Of a stretch of 64,000 nt of DNA, positions 40,286 through 50,039 are shown piece by piece. The stretch's first letter is position 1. Each line of letters begins with the position of its first letter. The notes under the pieces are model-generated. The model was not told where the DNA came from. It saw only the letters and a program-made list of their open reading frames with translations, and did not search any database. The stretch comes from Eubacteriales bacterium. Its GTDB lineage: Bacteria > Bacillota > Clostridia > Oscillospirales > CAG-382. The translations under genes were made by a program, and so were the position numbers. Where the stretch lies: NCBI GenBank assembly GCA_045595165.1, contig JAZNZY010000001.1, positions 467 to 64,466 of the forward strand, in the 5' to 3' direction.

Positions 40286-41035
40286 TTATTGCTTTGCAAG
40301 TTTTTTGAGATACAATCCCAAAAGTATAGACGTAACGAAGTGTAAAACTACAGTTCCGCCATAGAAAACGGGGGTAAAGAAATTTAAGAAGAAATCGTAA
40401 ACTGCGCCCGAAGCACTGCCGATACCGTAATCAAGCCACGCTTCCAGAGCCCAGCCGAGATTTTCGAAGGTAACAAAAGTGGTTCTGAGGAAAATAAACG
40501 CGCTTACGAGTGCGGCGATCACAAACAGAACGGTGGAAAGTATCCAAAGGTTCGAGGGCTTCTTGCGGGCGATTATTGCGGTAAGCCCCAGAAGGATAAA
40601 GCCCAAAGCCATGCACAGACCGGTGGCAATATAGGGAACGTAATCGAGAAGAACGCCGGTTTGGAAATCCGCATAGCCCATCAGCGTATTAAACTTCCAT
40701 TCTTCAAGCATAGAAGAAACGTCCAGCATAGCAAACGCGGCGTAAGAAACACCGAGCAGGAACAGAGAAACTATAAGGAAAACATTGCTTTTTTTAAAGA
40801 AGGTTGCCACAGCTACGCACAAAATGCACAGCATGATAAATAAATAGGAAAGAAGGGTGGGGAAATGAAAAACCTTATCAAAAATAACCTGCATGGGCCA
40901 ACCGAGGAGGATGGCTCTCAAATAAGGCACTATCATTTCCGCAAATACGAGGAATACGGAAAGAATAAGGGTAATAGAAGCAATAGCGAAAGGTTTTTTC
41001 TTATTCGCTGCGGGTACGGGAGTAACGGAATCCAT
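40286..41035 (-). CDS. Hypothetical polytopic membrane protein
   Basis: Six or seven hydrophobic segments; GAGGA SD. Confidence 0.7.
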   Translation of the reverse strand: MDSVTPVPAANKKKPFAIASITLILSVFLVFAEMIVPYLRAILLGWPMQVIFDKVFHFPTLLSYLFIMLCILCVAVATFFKKSNVFLIVSLFLLGVSYAAFAMLDVSSMLEEWKFNTLMGYADFQTGVLLDYVPYIATGLCMALGFILLGLTAIIARKKPSNLWILSTVLFVIAALVSAFIFLRTTFVTFENLGWALEAWLDYGIGSASGAVYDFFLNFFTPVFYGGTVVLHFVTSILLGLYLKKLAKQ

Positions 41036-41103
41036 AAAGAATCCTCCTTAATGTTTTGTTAATAAATTATATAATAAACAAGATGATTTGTCAATAAAAC
41101 TTG

Positions 41104-41267
41104 AACGAGGAACTGGGAACTAGAAACGAGAAACTATGGTTGATTTTTGTTCACAGAACAAAAATCTTCCAAAATTCCTCATTTAGCATCGCAAAGCGAT
41201 GCGTCGCATTCCCGGGGTTCCCCGAAAACGCTATGCGTTTTTGGGGTGGGTTCCTCATTCCTCATTT
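41104..41267. repeat. H element with two cores and nested C module (41211-41250)
   Basis: GATTTTTGTTC-ACA-GAACAAAAATC, GCATCGC-AAA-GCGATGC, C module inside the right arm. Confidence 0.9.
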
Positions 41268-41329
41268 CTATTATAAACTTTGATACATATTTTTTATTTG
41301 CAAAATTTAAACGAAATTTATAACATACC

Positions 41330-41358
41330 TTGACAAAACCGTGAATATATGCTAAAAT
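41330..41358 (+). promoter_or_regulatory. sigmaA promoter
   Basis: TTGACA-17 bp-TAAAAT with extended TG. Confidence 0.75.
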
Positions 41359-41415
41359 GCGCTTGAACGGTAAATTGCCGTTTAAAATGATTTTTAAAAC
41401 GGAGGTAAACAACAT

Positions 41416-42105
41416 ATGACAAAAGTATTGGTTATAGACGATGATAACAACATATGCGAGCTGTTAAGAATGTATCTTGAGCGGGAGGGATACGAGGTCC
41501 GCACCGCGAATGACGGTCAGGCAGGTATAAACGCGTTCCGCGCGTACGAGCCCGATATGGTGCTTCTTGACGTTATGATGCCCGTTAAGGACGGTTGGCA
41601 GGTTTGCCGCGAGATACGCGAGCAGTCCTCCCGCCCCATTATAATGATCACCGCAAAGGGAGAAACTATAGATAAAGTCCTTGGTCTTGAGCTGGGCGCA
41701 GACGATTTTATCGTTAAACCCCTTGATATGAAGGAGGTTTTCGCCCGTATAAAGGCTGTCCTTCGCAGATACGTAAACCGCGATGCATCCGACGGAGAGG
41801 TTATCCGTTTTGATAATTTGGAAATTTCCCGCCAGAAATACGAGCTTAAGATAAAAGGCAAGGTTATCGACCTGCCTCCCAAGGAATTGGAGCTGCTGTA
41901 TTTCCTCGCCGCAAACTACAACCGTGTGTTCACCCGCGATCAGCTTTTGGACAAGGTCTGGGGCTTTGATTATCTGGGCGACAGCCGCACTGTTGACGTT
42001 CACATCAAGCGCCTGCGCGAGAAATTGGAGGGCGCATCCGAAAAATGGATACTCAAAACCGTTTGGGGCGTTGGGTATAAGTTTGAGGTGATCACAGAAG
42101 AATGA
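41416..42105 (+). CDS. OmpR/PhoB-family response regulator (no adjacent kinase)
   Basis: VIDDD, LLDVMMP, ITAK, GADDFIVKP, RTVDVHIKRLREK, TVWGVGY. Confidence 0.95.
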   Translation: MTKVLVIDDDNNICELLRMYLEREGYEVRTANDGQAGINAFRAYEPDMVLLDVMMPVKDGWQVCREIREQSSRPIIMITAKGETIDKVLGLELGADDFIVKPLDMKEVFARIKAVLRRYVNRDASDGEVIRFDNLEISRQKYELKIKGKVIDLPPKELELLYFLAANYNRVFTRDQLLDKVWGFDYLGDSRTVDVHIKRLREKLEGASEKWILKTVWGVGYKFEVITEE

Positions 42106-42608
42106 GTACTGCAAGTGTAACCTACCGTATTTCCCCTTCGCTTTTTGCGGAATATTGTTATTTTTCTCTTTTCCGCATAAAGAATTACCGTCTTGCGCGG
42201 ACAATAAGCCTCGTTGCGGTTACCGTGGCAGGCTTGCTTACAGCCCTTGTGGGAATTTTGTATAAGGATATGAATATCACCTTCCTTGGGGGCGCCATCG
42301 TTCTGGTTACGGTGATGGTACCTTTCGTGCAGAAAAAGTATATTAAAAGCCGTTATAAGCTGGTTTACGGAAAATCTCTTACCGTTTATACCGCATCCTT
42401 TGCCAAAAACGGTACTTTTACCATCTCTGCAGGAGAGATTACCGAAAAATACGAAAATAACGATATTAAATGTGTATACTATATAAGAGGCGGATACGCT
42501 GTTTCCACCACGAATAAAGCCACGTTTCTCGTCCCCTTTGCAGATACCCTGCCGGAGAAGGAATGGTTTAAGAATGTGTACGGAAATAAATTTAAAGTAT
42601 GCGCGTAA
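42102..42608 (+). CDS. YcxB-like membrane protein
   Basis: Two TM helices then a soluble domain ending ATFLVP; overlaps the regulator stop (ATGA). Confidence 0.55.
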   Translation: MSTASVTYRISPSLFAEYCYFSLFRIKNYRLARTISLVAVTVAGLLTALVGILYKDMNITFLGGAIVLVTVMVPFVQKKYIKSRYKLVYGKSLTVYTASFAKNGTFTISAGEITEKYENNDIKCVYYIRGGYAVSTTNKATFLVPFADTLPEKEWFKNVYGNKFKVCA

Positions 42609-42611
42609 ATA

Positions 42612-42777
42612 AATGAGAAATGAGGAATGCGACGCGATGCAAAGCATCGCTAAATGAGGAATTTCGGTAGCTTTTTTGCGCCGAAGCGCAAAAAAGGTTT
42701 CCATCCCGGGGTTCCCCGAAAACGCTATGCGTTTTTGGGGTGGGTCATTTCTCATTCATCATTCCTCATTCCTCATT
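42612..42777. repeat. H element with two cores and nested C module (42705-42744)
   Basis: GCGATGC-AAA-GCATCGC, CTTTTTTGCGC-CGAA-GCGCAAAAAAG, C module identical to 41211. Confidence 0.9.
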
Positions 42778-42792
42778 AACAACAGGTGTATT

Positions 42793-44271
42793 ATGATCAA
42801 CAGAGAGAGTGGAGTTCTATTAAACATCTCCTCCCTGCCCGGCAAGTACGGTATCGGAAAGTTCGGCGCGGAGGCAGTGAGTTTTGCTCATTTTATAAAA
42901 AGTATGGGATTTTCCCGCTGGCAGGTGCTGCCCTTTAATCCCATAGGGCCCGGGGACTGCCCTTACGCATCCCCTTCCGCATTCGGCGGAAATATGCTGT
43001 ATATATCCCCCGATATGCTGTGTGAGGACGGATACGTTACCCCCGAAGATATAAAAGAATGTATATATTACGGCTCTCCCCACGTGGCGGACTATGAGTT
43101 CGCCGCCCGTACCACCAAAAGCCTTTTGGAAAAGGCGTACGCGGGGCTTACGGAAGAGAGCAAAAAAAGCTTTTACCCCCTTTTGAACGAGCAGGTGCAG
43201 GGATACTGCAAGTTTCTTGCTTTAAAGGAAAAGCACGGTGACAAGCCTTTCCCCAGGTGGGGCGAGGATGCGTATTTTGAAAAAGCATCACCCGATACAG
43301 ACCGTGTGAACTTTTACGCTTTTTGCCAATGTATGTTTTTTGACCAATGGGCAAGAACGAAAAAGGAGATAAACGAAGCGGGTATAAAGATAATAGGCGA
43401 TATTCCCATATACGTTTATTCCGATTCCGCCGACGTATGGCAGGGCGGAAAGGTGTTTAAGATAAACGAGGATTTTTCCCTTTCCAACGTGGCAGGGGCA
43501 CCGCCCGATTATTTTTCCGAGGACGGTCAGCTTTGGGGAAACCCCTTGTACGATTGGGATTACCTTGCATCCACGGACTTTGATTGGTGGTGCAAGCGTA
43601 TAAAAGCCAGCATGGAACTGTACGATACCGTGCGTATCGACCATTTCCGCGGGCTTGCATCCTACTGGTCTGTGGACGGCAAGGAAGAAACCGCCCGCAA
43701 CGGAAAGTGGGAAAAGGGCCCCGGTATCGCACTTTTTGAGAGTATCGAAAAGGCTGTGCCCGAAGCGGACATTATCGCAGAGGACCTTGGCGAGTTCGGC
43801 GAGGACGTTATTCAGCTCCTTGAGGATACGGGCTACGCAGGTATGCGTATAATTCAGTTCGGCTTTACACCAAACGATAATTCATCTCATATCCCCCACA
43901 ATTATCCCGAGAATTCGGTGGCGTACACCGGCACTCACGATAACGATACTCTTTTGGGCTGGCTGTATTCGGCAAGTCCCGAGGAGAGAGAATTCGCCCT
44001 TAAATACTGCCGTTTTGAAGGCGGCAACTGGGGCGAGGGCGGCGTAAACGCGCCCGCTGTTAAAAGCATTATCGAAACTCTGTGGCGGTCCAACTCCTTT
44101 TTGGCAGTCCTGCCCGTGCAGGATATGCTGGGATTTGGAGAGGATGCCAGAATGAACCGTCCCGGTGTGCCCGAGGGACAGTGGCGGTTCAGAGCAACGC
44201 AGGAATTTCTGGACGCGGTGGACAGGGATAGGTATGCTGAGATGAACAGAATATGTTTTAGATATAATTAA
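42793..44271 (+). CDS. malQ: 4-alpha-glucanotransferase (GH77)
   Basis: SGVLLNISSLP, WQVLP, GAPPDYFSEDGQLWGNP, RIDHFRG, IAEDLG, YTGTHDNDT. Confidence 0.96.
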   Translation: MINRESGVLLNISSLPGKYGIGKFGAEAVSFAHFIKSMGFSRWQVLPFNPIGPGDCPYASPSAFGGNMLYISPDMLCEDGYVTPEDIKECIYYGSPHVADYEFAARTTKSLLEKAYAGLTEESKKSFYPLLNEQVQGYCKFLALKEKHGDKPFPRWGEDAYFEKASPDTDRVNFYAFCQCMFFDQWARTKKEINEAGIKIIGDIPIYVYSDSADVWQGGKVFKINEDFSLSNVAGAPPDYFSEDGQLWGNPLYDWDYLASTDFDWWCKRIKASMELYDTVRIDHFRGLASYWSVDGKEETARNGKWEKGPGIALFESIEKAVPEADIIAEDLGEFGEDVIQLLEDTGYAGMRIIQFGFTPNDNSSHIPHNYPENSVAYTGTHDNDTLLGWLYSASPEEREFALKYCRFEGGNWGEGGVNAPAVKSIIETLWRSNSFLAVLPVQDMLGFGEDARMNRPGVPEGQWRFRATQEFLDAVDRDRYAEMNRICFRYN

Positions 44272-44372
44272 AACTATGAACGAGGAACTATGAACTATGA
44301 ACTATGGTTGATTTTTGCCCAAAAGGCAAAAATCTTCCGAAGTTTCTCGTTTCTCGTTCATCGTTCATCGTT
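44272..44372. repeat. H element
   Basis: ACTATGA arm, GATTTTTGCC-CAAAA-GGCAAAAATC, TCTCGTT/TCATCGT arm. Confidence 0.88.
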
Positions 44373-44393
44373 AATTTTACGGAGTAAAATCTT

Positions 44394-45011
44394 ATGCTTT
44401 CACCACGATTACAAGCAGCAGCCGATCTTATAACCTACGCCGATTCCATCATTGACATCGGTACGGATCACGGATATTTACCCATATATTTGCTTAAAAG
44501 CGGCAAGACGAAGACGGCGTGCGCAGCGGATATACGGATCGGCCCTCTTGACAACGCCAGAGAAAATATATTATCCTATGGCGTGGAGTGCGAATGCATA
44601 CTTTCCGACGGGTTTAAAAATATATGTAAAAAATACTCCCTCGCCTGCATTTGCGGTATGGGAGGAGAAACCATTGCAAATATTATTACCGAAGGTAAAA
44701 ATATCACCCCCGATACGCTGATATTACAGCCAATGACGGGGGCAGACAAGTTGCGCAAATTTTTGTTTGAAAACGGGTATACCGTAACCGACGAAGCCTT
44801 CGTTACCGAGGGTGAAAAGGTATACTGCATAATAAAAGCCCATAAAACGGGGGAAAACACCCCCTATACATATTCCGACTTGTTTTTGGGACATATCCGC
44901 CCGAAAACAGAGGGATATATAAAATGGAAAGAAAAAGTCCGCCTGCAAGCAGAAAAACGGCTTCTGGGCGGAAGGAACAAAGCTGATGAACAGCTTTGCA
45001 ATGAGGAATGA
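44394..45011 (+). CDS. trmK: tRNA (adenine22-N1)-methyltransferase
   Basis: LSPRLQ, DIGTDHGYLP, LSDG, ICGMGGETI, LILQP. Confidence 0.9.
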   Translation: MLSPRLQAAADLITYADSIIDIGTDHGYLPIYLLKSGKTKTACAADIRIGPLDNARENILSYGVECECILSDGFKNICKKYSLACICGMGGETIANIITEGKNITPDTLILQPMTGADKLRKFLFENGYTVTDEAFVTEGEKVYCIIKAHKTGENTPYTYSDLFLGHIRPKTEGYIKWKEKVRLQAEKRLLGGRNKADEQLCNEE

Positions 45012-45156
45012 GGAATGAGGAATGAGGAACGAGTAACCCACCCCAAAAACGCATAGCGTTTTCGGGGAACCCCGGGAACGAGGAATTTCGGAAGATTTTT
45101 GTTCGCAGAACAAAAATCAACCATCATTTCTCATTTATCATTTATCATTCCTCATT
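45000..45156. repeat. H element with nested C module (45036-45076)
   Basis: (AATGAGG)4 arm encodes the trmK end NEE*; GATTTTTGTTC-GCA-GAACAAAAATC. Confidence 0.9.
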
Positions 45157-45160
45157 AAGA

Positions 45161-45328
45161 TCACACTTCCAGCTTTTCTTCAAGCTCCTTAAATGCTCTC
45201 TTTATCTTATCTGCGGGGGTGCGCTTTTTTCTGCAGGACATAACCATACAGATAACGGCGCCGCCCACCATAAGACCCAAAATATGTGCTAAAAGAATAC
45301 GGCACTTTTCTTTTTTACTGCAACGCAT
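45161..45328 (-). CDS. Small hypothetical protein with one TM helix (55-57 aa)
   Basis: AAAGGTGGT SD before GTG 45334/ATG 45328; hydrophobic helix followed by a basic, helical tail. Confidence 0.5.
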   Translation of the reverse strand: MRCSKKEKCRILLAHILGLMVGGAVICMVMSCRKKRTPADKIKRAFKELEEKLEV

Positions 45329-45438
45329 AAACACACAAGACACCACCTTTCGCCCTTATTGTGCGCAAAAGAAAGAGTTTTAATGCAAAAAAACATATAA
45401 AAAATCCCCGTTTTACGCAAATTTCTTTAAAAAAACTG

Positions 45439-45467
45439 TTGACAAATCCAACCCTTGTATATATAAT
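45439..45467 (+). promoter_or_regulatory. Consensus sigmaA promoter for yceD-rpmF
   Basis: TTGACA-17 bp-TATAAT. Confidence 0.85.
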
Positions 45468-45483
45468 GAAAGGTACTGTGCAA

Positions 45484-45981
45484 ATGAAAATTAATATACT
45501 ACCACTCCTGCGCGGAGAAAAAGACAATATCTCTTTTTGCTTTACTGAGGACATGCGGGGATTTTCCTCCGACATTACCGAGGGAAAGTATAATGCCACG
45601 GGAAAGGTTAAAAATTTCTCGGGCTATATGCTCCTTGAGGGAGAGGTGGATATGGAGTTTTCCGCTACCTGCGGTAGATGCTCCTGCAGCACAAAACAAA
45701 ATTTAAAAGCGTGTTTTTCCCGTCCGGTTGCCCAGAGCCTTAACCAAGAGGACGACGATTATATCCTCGCTTCGGAAAACGGAGATATGGATATAAGAGA
45801 AGCTGTTGAGGAAGCGGTTTATATGGAAATGCCGGTGCGCTTTTTGTGCAAAGAGGACTGCAAAGGCCTGTGCCCCAAGTGCGGTGCCAACCTTAATGAC
45901 ACATCTTGCTCCTGTGTCGAGGACAAAACAGATCCCAGACTTGCAAAATTGCGGGAATACCTTAATAATTTGGAAGAATAA
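45484..45981 (+). CDS. yceD: YceD/DUF177 family protein
   Basis: ATCGRC, LCKEDCKGLCPKCGANLN, DPRLAKL; upstream of rpmF. Confidence 0.9.
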   Translation: MKINILPLLRGEKDNISFCFTEDMRGFSSDITEGKYNATGKVKNFSGYMLLEGEVDMEFSATCGRCSCSTKQNLKACFSRPVAQSLNQEDDDYILASENGDMDIREAVEEAVYMEMPVRFLCKEDCKGLCPKCGANLNDTSCSCVEDKTDPRLAKLREYLNNLEE

Positions 45982-46014
45982 AATTTTTACATAACTTAAA
46001 GGAGGCGTCAAGAA

Positions 46015-46197
46015 ATGGCAGTACCTAAGAGAAAAACATCTAAAGCACGCAGAGATAAAAGACGTTCATCTACCTGGAAGCTCACCCTCCCCGGTATGAC
46101 AAAGTGCCCCAAGTGCGGTGAATACGTGCTTAGCCACAGAGTCTGCAAGAAGTGCGGAGTTTATCACGGCAAGGAAGTTCTCGCTGTAGAAGAATAA
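46015..46197 (+). CDS. rpmF: 50S ribosomal protein L32 (zinc-binding form)
   Basis: [21 protein letters not shown]...HRVCKKCG. Confidence 0.98.
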   Translation: MAVPKRKTSKARRDKRRSSTWKLTLPGMTKCPKCGEYVLSHRVCKKCGVYHGKEVLAVEE

Positions 46198-46202
46198 GTA
46201 TT

Positions 46203-46231
46203 AAAAAAGGCGGGTATAATACCGCCTTTTT
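46203..46231 (+). terminator. Intrinsic terminator after rpmF
   Basis: AAAAAGGCGG-GTATAATA-CCGCCTTTTT. Confidence 0.8.
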
Positions 46232-46239
46232 AAATTATC

Positions 46240-46394
46240 GGGACGCGTTCATTCGGCGCAGATTATTTAATGAGGAATGAGGAATGAGAAATGAGGAATT
46301 ACGGTAGCTTTTTCGCGTAAAGACGCGAAAAAGGTTTCCATCATTCATCATTTAGCATCGCGTACGCGATGCGTCGCATTTATCATTCATCATT
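46240..46394. repeat. L-terminus fragment fused to an H element
   Basis: GGGACGCGTTCATTCGGCGCAGA, then heptamer arm, CTTTTTCGCGT..ACGCGAAAAAG, GCATCGCG-TA-CGCGATGC. Confidence 0.85.
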
Positions 46395-46407
46395 TTTGGA
46401 GTTACTT

Positions 46408-47706
46408 ATGGTCTTTGTTACTGGTGTTCTACCTCATTCGCCTGCAGAAAAAGCAGGTATCCGTTCCGGAGATGCAATCCTCACGGTAAACGGCAACGAG
46501 GTTAACGACGTATTGGATTATCAATTTTATACATCCGAAGTAGCCCTCTCGCTGGAAGTAAAGCGAGGGGATGGCACTTTACGCATTTTTTTGGGCAAAG
46601 GGGAATACGAGGACCCGGGAATGGAGTTCTGCACCTATCTTATGGACGATAAAAGACGGTGCCGCAACGGATGTATGTTTTGCTTTATTGACCAAAACCC
46701 CAAGGGAATGCGGGAAACCATATATTTTAAAGACGATGACGAGCGCCTCTCCTTCCTGCACGGAAACTACGTAACATTAACCAACCTTACGGAAAAGGAA
46801 ATTGACCGTATTATAAAAATGCGCCTTTCCCCCGTGAACATTTCCGTACACACCACCAACCCCGAGCTGCGTGTGAAGATGATGAAAAACCGCTTTGCGG
46901 GCGAGGTACTCTCCTTTATTCCCCGCCTTAACGATGGGGGCATACAGATAAACGCACAGCTTGTGCTGTGCCGCGGAATTAACGACGGGGCGGAGCTGGA
47001 AAGAAGCCTCAACGACCTTATCTCCTATGAGCATCTGGAATCCTGCGCCTGCGTGCCTGCGGGACTTACCGACCACAGAGAAGGTCTGTACCCTCTCACC
47101 CCTTACGATAAAGAGAGTGCTTTGGAAACTCTCGATATTATCAACAAATATGGGGATAAAACTGTGGAAAAGTTCGGGATGAGAAAGGTTTTCGCATCCG
47201 ATGAATTTTATCTTTTGGCAGGATTACCTATTCCGAGCGCCGAATATTACGAGGACTACCCCCAGATCGAAAACGGAGTTGGTATGTTAAGATCCTTTGA
47301 GGACGAATTTCTGGACGAGCTGGAATACAGTGAAGAATGCTCGGGCGAAAAAGTATATATCGCCACGGGAAAAGCGGCATACCCCACAATGAAAAGACTT
47401 ATAGAAAAAGCAAAAGAGAAATTTACAAACCTTGATTGCACGGTGTTTGAAATAGAAAACCGCTTCTTTGGCAAAAACATTACAGTAAGCGGTCTTATTA
47501 CGGGAAAAGACCTTCTGGACCAGCTTGCGGGCAAGGTGGAAGAGGGCGGATATCTGCTGCTCCCTGCCAATATGTTTAAAGCGGACGAAGAAGTGTTCCT
47601 TGATGACGTTAAATTGCGCCAAGTAAGAAAAAATCTTAAAGTAAAGACAATTATAGCAGGAAAGGACGGATACGAGCTATGTCAAAAGGTGTTGTTGCCG
47701 TCGTAG
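46408..47706 (+). CDS. DUF512 radical-SAM-like protein with N-terminal PDZ
   Basis: PDZ (SPAEKAGIRSGDAI), CRNGCMFCFIDQNP, IENGVGM; typically found upstream of der. Confidence 0.85.
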   Translation: MVFVTGVLPHSPAEKAGIRSGDAILTVNGNEVNDVLDYQFYTSEVALSLEVKRGDGTLRIFLGKGEYEDPGMEFCTYLMDDKRRCRNGCMFCFIDQNPKGMRETIYFKDDDERLSFLHGNYVTLTNLTEKEIDRIIKMRLSPVNISVHTTNPELRVKMMKNRFAGEVLSFIPRLNDGGIQINAQLVLCRGINDGAELERSLNDLISYEHLESCACVPAGLTDHREGLYPLTPYDKESALETLDIINKYGDKTVEKFGMRKVFASDEFYLLAGLPIPSAEYYEDYPQIENGVGMLRSFEDEFLDELEYSEECSGEKVYIATGKAAYPTMKRLIEKAKEKFTNLDCTVFEIENRFFGKNITVSGLITGKDLLDQLAGKVEEGGYLLLPANMFKADEEVFLDDVKLRQVRKNLKVKTIIAGKDGYELCQKVLLPS

Positions 47707-49010
47707 GCAGACCTAACGTAGGTAAATCTACCTTCTTTAATAAAATAACGGGAAAGCGTATTTCCATTGTTGACGATACCCCCGGCGTTACCCGCGACAG
47801 AATATACCACGAGATCACCTGGAACGGCGTTACTATGACACTCATAGATACCGGCGGTATCGAGCCCAAGACCGATTCCAACCTTTTGCGTATGATGCGT
47901 GAGCAGGCGCAAGTGGCTATTTCCCACGCGGACGTTATAATTTTTATGTGCGAGCTTATGACGGGCGTTACCGCCAACGACCGCGATATTGCCACCATGC
48001 TTAAAAAAAGCGGAAAGCCCGTGGTGCTTTGCGTAAACAAGGTGGATTCCGTAGGTGCGCTGCCTCCCGAATTTTATGAATTTTACGAATTGGGATTTGA
48101 TGACGACCCCATCCCCCTTTCCTCCCTCCACGGAACGGGAAGCGGCGATATACTTGATAAAGTTGTGGAATATCTGCCCGACGATGCCGACGGAGCGGAA
48201 AGCGACACGGGTATAAAGGTTGCGGTCATCGGCAAGCCCAACGCAGGCAAAAGCTCTATTGTAAACCGTATTGCGGGAGAAGAGAGAGTTATCGTTTCCG
48301 ATATGCCCGGCACTACCAGAGATGCTATTGATACCTATATAGAAAACAGCTACGGAAAATACACCTTCATAGATACCGCAGGTATACGCAGAAACGCAAA
48401 AATAGAAGATGATATCGAAAGATATTCAGTTCTCCGTGCCAAGATGGCTGTAGAAAAGGCAGACGTTTGCCTGCTGATGGTGGACGCAAACGAAGGCGTT
48501 ACCGCCCAAGACGAGCGTATTGCAGGTATCGCCCACGAAAGCGGAAAGGCGTGTATTATAGTTATAAATAAATGGGACAGTATTGAAAAGGACAACGATT
48601 CCGTAAATGCGTTCCGCCGCAAGGTGTACGAAGCCCTTTCATATATGACCTACGCGCCCCTTATGTTTGTTTCCGCAAAAACGGGACAGAGGGTGGAAAA
48701 GCTGTTCCCCTTAATAAACGAGGTTTACGCCAACAGCGGAAGACGTATTACCACAGGTGTGCTTAACGATCTTCTTAACGATGCCACCAACCGTGTTCAG
48801 CCCCCCTCCGACAGAGGCAGAAGATTAAAGATATACTATATGACCCAGACGGGTGTTAATCCTCCCAACTTTGTAGTGTTTGTAAACTCCGCAGAGCTGT
48901 TCCATTTTTCATACAGAAGATATCTGGAAAACTGCCTGCGGGATGCCTTTGATTTTACCGGAACTCCCATAAGAATGACGGTAAAGCAGAAAGGAGAAAG
49001 CAATAAATGA
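47679..49010 (+). CDS. der: Ribosome biogenesis GTPase Der (EngA)
   Basis: Two GTPase domains: GRPNVGKST and GKPNAGKSS. Confidence 0.97.
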   Translation: MSKGVVAVVGRPNVGKSTFFNKITGKRISIVDDTPGVTRDRIYHEITWNGVTMTLIDTGGIEPKTDSNLLRMMREQAQVAISHADVIIFMCELMTGVTANDRDIATMLKKSGKPVVLCVNKVDSVGALPPEFYEFYELGFDDDPIPLSSLHGTGSGDILDKVVEYLPDDADGAESDTGIKVAVIGKPNAGKSSIVNRIAGEERVIVSDMPGTTRDAIDTYIENSYGKYTFIDTAGIRRNAKIEDDIERYSVLRAKMAVEKADVCLLMVDANEGVTAQDERIAGIAHESGKACIIVINKWDSIEKDNDSVNAFRRKVYEALSYMTYAPLMFVSAKTGQRVEKLFPLINEVYANSGRRITTGVLNDLLNDATNRVQPPSDRGRRLKIYYMTQTGVNPPNFVVFVNSAELFHFSYRRYLENCLRDAFDFTGTPIRMTVKQKGESNK

Positions 49011-49672
49011 TCTATCTCGTTGATCTGATGTTTATCGGAAACTATATCTTTATCCCCTTTTACGGGCAAATGATATATTTCCTCTTGTGTATGGTCTGCG
49101 GTTATCTGCTGGGAAGCATTAACACGGCGATAATCGTGAGCAAGAAAAAGTACGGAAAAGATATACGTAACTTCGGCTCGGGCAACGCGGGTCTTACCAA
49201 TATGAAGCGTGTCTACGGCTGGGGCGCCGCAGGATATACCCTCCTTGGGGATATGGGCAAGCAGGTTGCCGCTGTGGGTATCGGTATGTTTTTGGGACAC
49301 GTGCCCGGCGCATATATTGCAGGTCTGTTTTGCATTATAGGTCATATCCTCCCCTGCTGGTACGGCTTTAAGGGCGGAAAGGGCGTGCTTACCGCCGCCA
49401 CACTTATTCTGCTGCTTGACCCTATGGTGTTTGCCATCCTGCTCATAATCTGGTTTGCTGTACTGCTTCTTACCAGATACGTTTCCCTGGCTTCTATCGT
49501 AGCCGCATTCGCATATCCCGCCGCTATGTACGCAAGATATCAGGGAAAAGACCCGTTCTCCCTCATTTTCGCCCTTGTTATCGGTCTTTTTGTAATATAT
49601 ATGCACAGAAGCAATATTAAGAGATTATTCAATAACCAGGAAAGCAAGTTTACGTTTAAAAATAAAAAGTAG
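49007..49672 (+). CDS. plsY: Glycerol-3-phosphate acyltransferase PlsY
   Basis: GYLLGSI, DIRNFGSGNAGLTN, FKGGKGV, HRSNIKRL; start position uncertain. Confidence 0.93.
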   Translation: MIYLVDLMFIGNYIFIPFYGQMIYFLLCMVCGYLLGSINTAIIVSKKKYGKDIRNFGSGNAGLTNMKRVYGWGAAGYTLLGDMGKQVAAVGIGMFLGHVPGAYIAGLFCIIGHILPCWYGFKGGKGVLTAATLILLLDPMVFAILLIIWFAVLLLTRYVSLASIVAAFAYPAAMYARYQGKDPFSLIFALVIGLFVIYMHRSNIKRLFNNQESKFTFKNKK

Positions 49673-49675
49673 CGG

Positions 49676-49945
49676 GGAGCGCGTTCATTCGGCGCAGAAC
49701 CAAAAACGCAAAAGCAAGAGTAAGATATTTCGATAACCGTAGGGTACGACGTCCTCGTCGTACCGCCTCTCACAGTTTAGAGGTAGAAATTCTTACAGAA
49801 TTTCTTTAAATTTAATTTATTTGCGTTTTTGTAGAAATTTTCGCGTCGCTCGCTGTAGTTTACTACAGCTACCGCTAGCGAAAATTCCTTCTGCATCCAA
49901 ATGCTCCGCGCCCTTCAGACTTTCTGCGCTACAGACGTTACATAT
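49676..49945 (-). repeat. L element copy 6 (inverted) with left extension
   Basis: GGAGCGCGTTCATTCGGCGCAG...CTGCATCCAAATGCTCCGCGCCC; extension matches 2217-2245. Confidence 0.92.
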
Positions 49946-50039
49946 CAAAAATTTAACTTAAAATCCGCGTACAGCGGATTTTTACCGAACCTTTTCACTC
50001 TTCACTTTTCACTCTTAACTTTTTATAGGGGTATATACT

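Noticed and set aside
46369-46407. Upstream starts called by the ORF track inside repeats (46369, 42676, 21418, 36877)
   Set aside because: Better SD-associated starts lie downstream (46408, 42793, 21496, 36991)
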